This document shows, in pieces, positions 32,201 through 36,384 of a DNA stretch of 36,384 bases (position 1 is the stretch's first letter; each line of letters starts with the position of its first letter). Origin of the DNA: Raillietiella orientalis (lineage: Eukaryota). The position numbers were made by a program, and so were the translations under genes. The notes under the pieces were generated by a model, which was given only the letters and a program-made list of their open reading frames with translations, did not search any database and was not told the origin of the DNA. The stretch lies in NCBI GenBank assembly GCA_036172245.1, contig JAYWIR010000088.1, positions 248,001-284,384 on the forward strand. The letters are read 5' to 3'.

Positions 32201-32945
32201 TTCGCGAATTCCTGAGAGGCGTTACCCTCCCCAATCTTAATGATTGAGACCTTTTTAAGGCCTCGGTCCGCGAGTTTTGCGAGGAGTTCCCCATGCACCT
32301 CCTGCCTCGAGGATTTGGGGAGGGCATCCGTAACGGACGAGCGTACTTGTATGCCCGTCGTCACGCGAGGACCCCCAATGTCCGTCGCCTGGCAGAGTAC
32401 CGAGCCGGGGCCGAACGTCGAGCCTGGCAATCCGGATCGGCCAGCTTGCTGGACGACCAGGGCCGGGAGCACTCGGCTCCGGCTAGAATACGGCACCTCG
32501 TGCGGCGTTTATATTCCTCCCTTTACGCCAGGGCGCCCCCGGACCAAGATGCCTCTTGGCGCTTGCTTCCGAACGGTGCCCCGGCAATAGGGGAGGAAGA
32601 GAAGGAAAGCCTTGACGAGCCTTTTACCACCGGCGAAATTCTTGCCGGTATTAAAAGGCTCAAGAGGCGGAAAGCACCAGGGGAGGACGGCCTGCCTGCG
32701 GAGTTTTTTCAATGCTTCGCGGTAGAGTTGGCACCCCTGGTGCTTGAGTTGACAAGGCTAATCCGAGATGAAGGCGATGTACCCGCCTCGTTTCGGTCAG
32801 CCAGAGTGAGGCTGCTTCCGAAAGGAGGAGACCTCAGGAAACTCAGCAATTGACGTCCGATCACAATTGTGAACACGGACGCCAAGCTGATCGGCGGACT
32901 GTGGGCTTCGCGTCTGGGGCAGGTGGCCAATTCCATAATTAGCCC
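29233..32945 (+). mobile_element. Element H: E3-family copy, 5' part (ORF1 29321-31438, ORF2 31438-32945), decayed
   Basis: Colinear with 12988-16597. 5' gcggacgtgtttt. Ends at VANSIISP. Confidence 0.92.
29402..29689 (+). repeat. Coding 24-bp tandem repeat, 12 units, with a 48-bp higher-order period
   Basis: gcaaccgcccccttgaaaaagggg alternates with acaaccgccgccttggaaaaggcc at 29522-29665. Confidence 0.9.
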
Positions 32946-34683
32946 AGAGGACACCACGATGGAGGTAGGCGTGAGGGAGGCTAGCCCCCCCCCACGACCT
33001 ACAGAATCAGGGGCATCCGCCCCGGAATCACCCTCTTCGCCCAAGACGAGGAGCTGGAGCGCCATGGTCGCCGCGCAGAGCGCGGAAACCTTGGCTGAGC
33101 AAGCGGCCTACAGGGCCTCCGGATATAAACCATCCCTCGTTTATAAGGTAGGAAACCTGTTCGACGGTCGCACTGCGCGTGCCTTTAGCAAGGCACTACT
33201 GGAATTCCCCGTGCGTGAGGAGGATCGTGACGGCCTCGCCGTACTCAGCGGGGGGCAACGCGTGGAGGTCGTCTGCAAATACGTAGCCCTAGCGCAGCCC
33301 CTCATCAACACCCCGCTGAATGTGGCTGGCCGAAAGATCCTACCCGTTAGCATGGACCGCTCCGTTGTGGTCCATCTAACGGGGATCACGAACCGCACGA
33401 CGCGCTCTGCGGTGAACGCGGAATTGAAGAAATACGGAGATGTGCACGCGCTGTGGCCAAAGCCAACCATTTTTGACGGCTATAACAGCCTCTTTGGTGG
33501 CCAGGCAGCAGCGCGTGTCACTGTGAACGAGGGTGCTGGGTTACCCCACAAACTGGAGGTCGGGAAGGAGCCCGTCGACCTCTGGTACGTAGGGAAACCC
33601 CGCTATTGTGGCAACTGCGATGCAGTAGGGCATGTGCGCAGGCGGTGCCCGAATATCGAGTGCCACTTGTGCGCGGAAAAGGGACACGTCCGTCGTGTGT
33701 GCCCTAAACGCCCCACCCCGGTGCCACCTGCTGCCAAAAATGCACAGGTGAAAAAGACGAATAAGGTAGAAAGACCTCATCGCGAGAATGGCCGGCCCCA
33801 GCAGCCTTCTCCTCCTCCTCCAACCCAGGCGGCAGCGGAAAAAACCGCGAAAGACGCGGGCGAGGAAGAAGGATGGACGCTGGTAAAGGCCAGAAAAGAA
33901 CCCAAAAAGGGTTCACAAGAGAAGGCGGACAAAAAGTCGGTCGCGAAAGCGAAAAAACCTGGTCTCCGATCTAAAACTCTCCGCGAGTGCTCAGTAGCAC
34001 TGGAGCGCATCAGCGTTCCCGAGGCTGCCACCCGGGGCGACGAGCCTCCCCTCGCCGTTTCCGCCGCGCCCGAGGTTCGCGACATGGAACCCTCTGTTTG
34101 CACAGAGGGTGAGACGCGCGACGCGCTGGCCGCCGGCGAGGACGCCGCCTTCGCGAAGGCGGTGGAGGAGCTCGCGGCCACGCTGGCTGAGCGTGAGAAC
34201 CCCTCACGCAAGGCCGTGCGAAGGCCGGCTCCGCCGATGAAGGCCCCCACAGGTGAGTGCGAACTGGGGGCCGTAAGTGCATCGTCCTCCTCGGAGGCAG
34301 CCCCCCGAAAGAAGGGACGCAAGTCCCAAAAGCCGAGGAAGCGCCTCCCCTCCACGAGCGAGGAGGAGAAGCAGGAAGTCGCCGGCAGCGTGGGAATCCC
34401 GGAGGGGGAGCTCCCACGCGCGGAAGCCGTCGAGCAGGACACCCCCATGGAGGAGGGTGAGCAGGGCGGCGAAATCACCCCTGCCGTCGCGGACCCTGAG
34501 GAGCCCGCCCCTATGGAGGAGGGCCAGCACGTAGGCGCGACCCCACCTGAGGGTGAACCGCCCGACGCGCCGTCACCGATGGAAGAGGGTGGCCAGGTGC
34601 TAGAGGCACCTGTCCCTCCTCCTGCACTTAGCGTCTCGCCCCAACAGGTGGCGGACGCCGCACAGCCGATTTCCCAGGAATAA
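32946..34683 (+). CDS. ORF1 of I, open, fused in frame to an upstream RT fragment of H
   Basis: ORF 32869..34683. Knuckles CGNCDAVGHVRRRC and CHLCAEKGHVRRVC. Next ATG at 32959. Confidence 0.82.
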
Positions 34684-36384
34684 CACCTGGGCTCGCCTGT
34701 CGCCGTTGAATCCGCGTGGCCAGTTGGAACGTCAACGGGCTGCGCGACGACGGCAACAGACGAGATACGGCCGACACCCTGGGTGACTTCGACCTGGCCC
34801 TGCTGCAGGAGATCCAGGTGATCACCTCGGCAGACGTCCAGGAGATCGAGGCGATCGCGGAGGGTCGACTGTATTGGCGATGCGGAGCCCGCAACACCTG
34901 CGGGGTTGCGTTCTTCGTCAAGCCGGCCATCGACGCTGCCGTGAAGGGCGTACGCTTTGATCACGACGGTCGGGTCGGTCAGCTGATTCTCAGCTGGTCC
35001 GACTCGATCGAATTGATCGTCACGAACGTGTACGCCCCCAGCGGAAAAGGGGGATACAGCGACCGTATGAGGCTGCTGGAAACCCTGAAGCGCGATTGGC
35101 TGCCCGACACGAATGTGCGGAAGCCACACCTGATAGCTGGAGACTTCAATCTCCGTCTGCTGTCAGGTGAGCCCGAAGCACAAGAACGCACGGCCAACGA
35201 GTTGTGCGCTCACATGCGCACGCGCAACTTGTTGGCAGACGCGGAGGGAATGGACCGCAGCATCGACCACTTCTTCCTGGATGTCGACCTGTGCTCGCGG
35301 GTCGGCAAACGGAGAAAAGTTGCGTCGACGCTGTCGGACCATTCCAGGATCATCGCCGAGGTTTGCCCGCGCGACAAAGCACCCCCGTCCAAGGCGTGGC
35401 GGCTGCCTGGGGACTGGACACGGCTCTCAGGTGCGAAAAAACACCTTCGCGAATTTCTGAGAGGCTTCACCCTCCGCAGTCTTCAGGACTGGGACCTCTT
35501 CAAGGCCTCGGTCCGCGAGTTCTGCGAGGAGTTTCCCCTGCACCGCCTGCCCCCCGGATTCGGGGAGAGGGCTCGGAACCATCGGGCTTATCTACAGGCC
35601 CGCCAATACGAGAGGACCCCGAATGTCCGTCGCCTCGCGGAATATCGAGCCGGGGCCAAACGCGAAGCCTGGCAATCCGGGTCGGCCAGCTTGCTGGACG
35701 ACCAGGGCCGGGAGCGATCCGCCCCACCCGCGATCACACACCTCGTGCGACGTTACTTCTCCTCCCTCTACGCTAGGGCACCCCCAGAGCGGAACGCCTC
35801 GCGGCTCCTGCTCCCGGATGGAGCCCCGGCAATAGGGGAGGAGGAGAAGATCAGCCTCGACGAGCCTTTTTCTACCGGTGAAATTCTCGCCGGTATTAAA
35901 AGGCTCAAGAGGCGAAAGGCGCCCGGGGAGGACGGCCTGCCTGCGGAATTCTTTCAATGTTTCGCGGCAGAGCTGGCACCCCTGATGCTTCAGTTGACCG
36001 GGCTGATCCGAGACGAAGGCGACGTTCCCGCCTCGTTTCGGTCAGCCCGTGTGAGGCTCCTCCCGAAAAGAGGAGACCTGAGATCCTTGGGCAATTTTCG
36101 TCGGATCACAATCGTGAATACGGACGCCAAGCTGAACGCTGGAATGTGGGCTTCGCGTCTAGGACAGGTGGCAGACTTCATAATTAGCACGTAGCAGACG
36201 TACGCTGTTCCCGGGCGAAGTATGGATGCCAACCTGTTCTTCGCGAGCACATGGTTCCATGTGCAGCGCTGCCTGAACGACACAGGGGGAAACATTGGCA
36301 ACTCCACTTTGGGACCGGCAGCTGGGCTGGGAATGGATACCCGGTCTGGAAAGGGGGTCCTAGCGATCGCGGTCGATCTCCACA
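34683..36384 (+). pseudogene. ORF2 of I, partial (endonuclease plus RT start; stop at 36192-36194)
   Basis: WNVNG, NVYAP, GDFN, SIDH, SDH, KAPGEDG, NTDAKL. Confidence 0.9.

Larger units (their letters stand above)
32946..36384 (+). mobile_element. Element I: F-family copy lacking its 5' UTR, running off the window in RT
   Basis: ORF1 is homologous to F. Endonuclease and RT start are present, and the window ends at AVDLH. Confidence 0.92.

Noticed and set aside
33777..35129. Long antisense ORFs (also 4221..5144, 25497..26531, 14282..15208)
   Set aside because: These are shadow frames of GC-rich coding sequence with no recognisable motifs.

Overview
The window is, as far as I can read it, entirely non-LTR retrotransposon sequence of eukaryotic type, with no host gene. 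It holds about 10 copies or fragments of related L1/Tx1-clade elements. Each has an ORF1 with two CCHC knuckles and an ORF2 with APE endonuclease, YADD reverse transcriptase and a C-terminal Cys/His finger. Most ORFs are disabled. My labels are A(+ 2-2295), B(- 2296-5836), C(- 5848-6630), D(+ 6631-6922), E1(+ 6923-10635 and 22116-24221), E2(- 10636-12987 and 18884-22115), E3(+ 12988-18883), F(+ 24240-26891), G(- 26892-29232), H(+ 29233-32945) and I(+ 32946-end). The junctions look non-random. Elements insert antisense into the DNA encoding conserved ORF2 motifs of their relatives, repeatedly at the same nucleotide, and family-specifically: the A/E2 type at RT 'KAFD' and the E3/H type at RT 'NxDAKL'. 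This produces a three-level nest, E1>E2>E3, with 14-15 bp target-site duplications (TSDs). The elements share a 5' GCGGACGTGTTT motif and a structured 3' UTR with a palindromic, bidirectional AATAAA and a terminal hairpin, with no poly(A) tail. Five of seven ORF1/ORF2 junctions lack an ORF2 AUG. All alignments were done by eye, boundaries may be off by a few nt, and the host organism cannot be determined.
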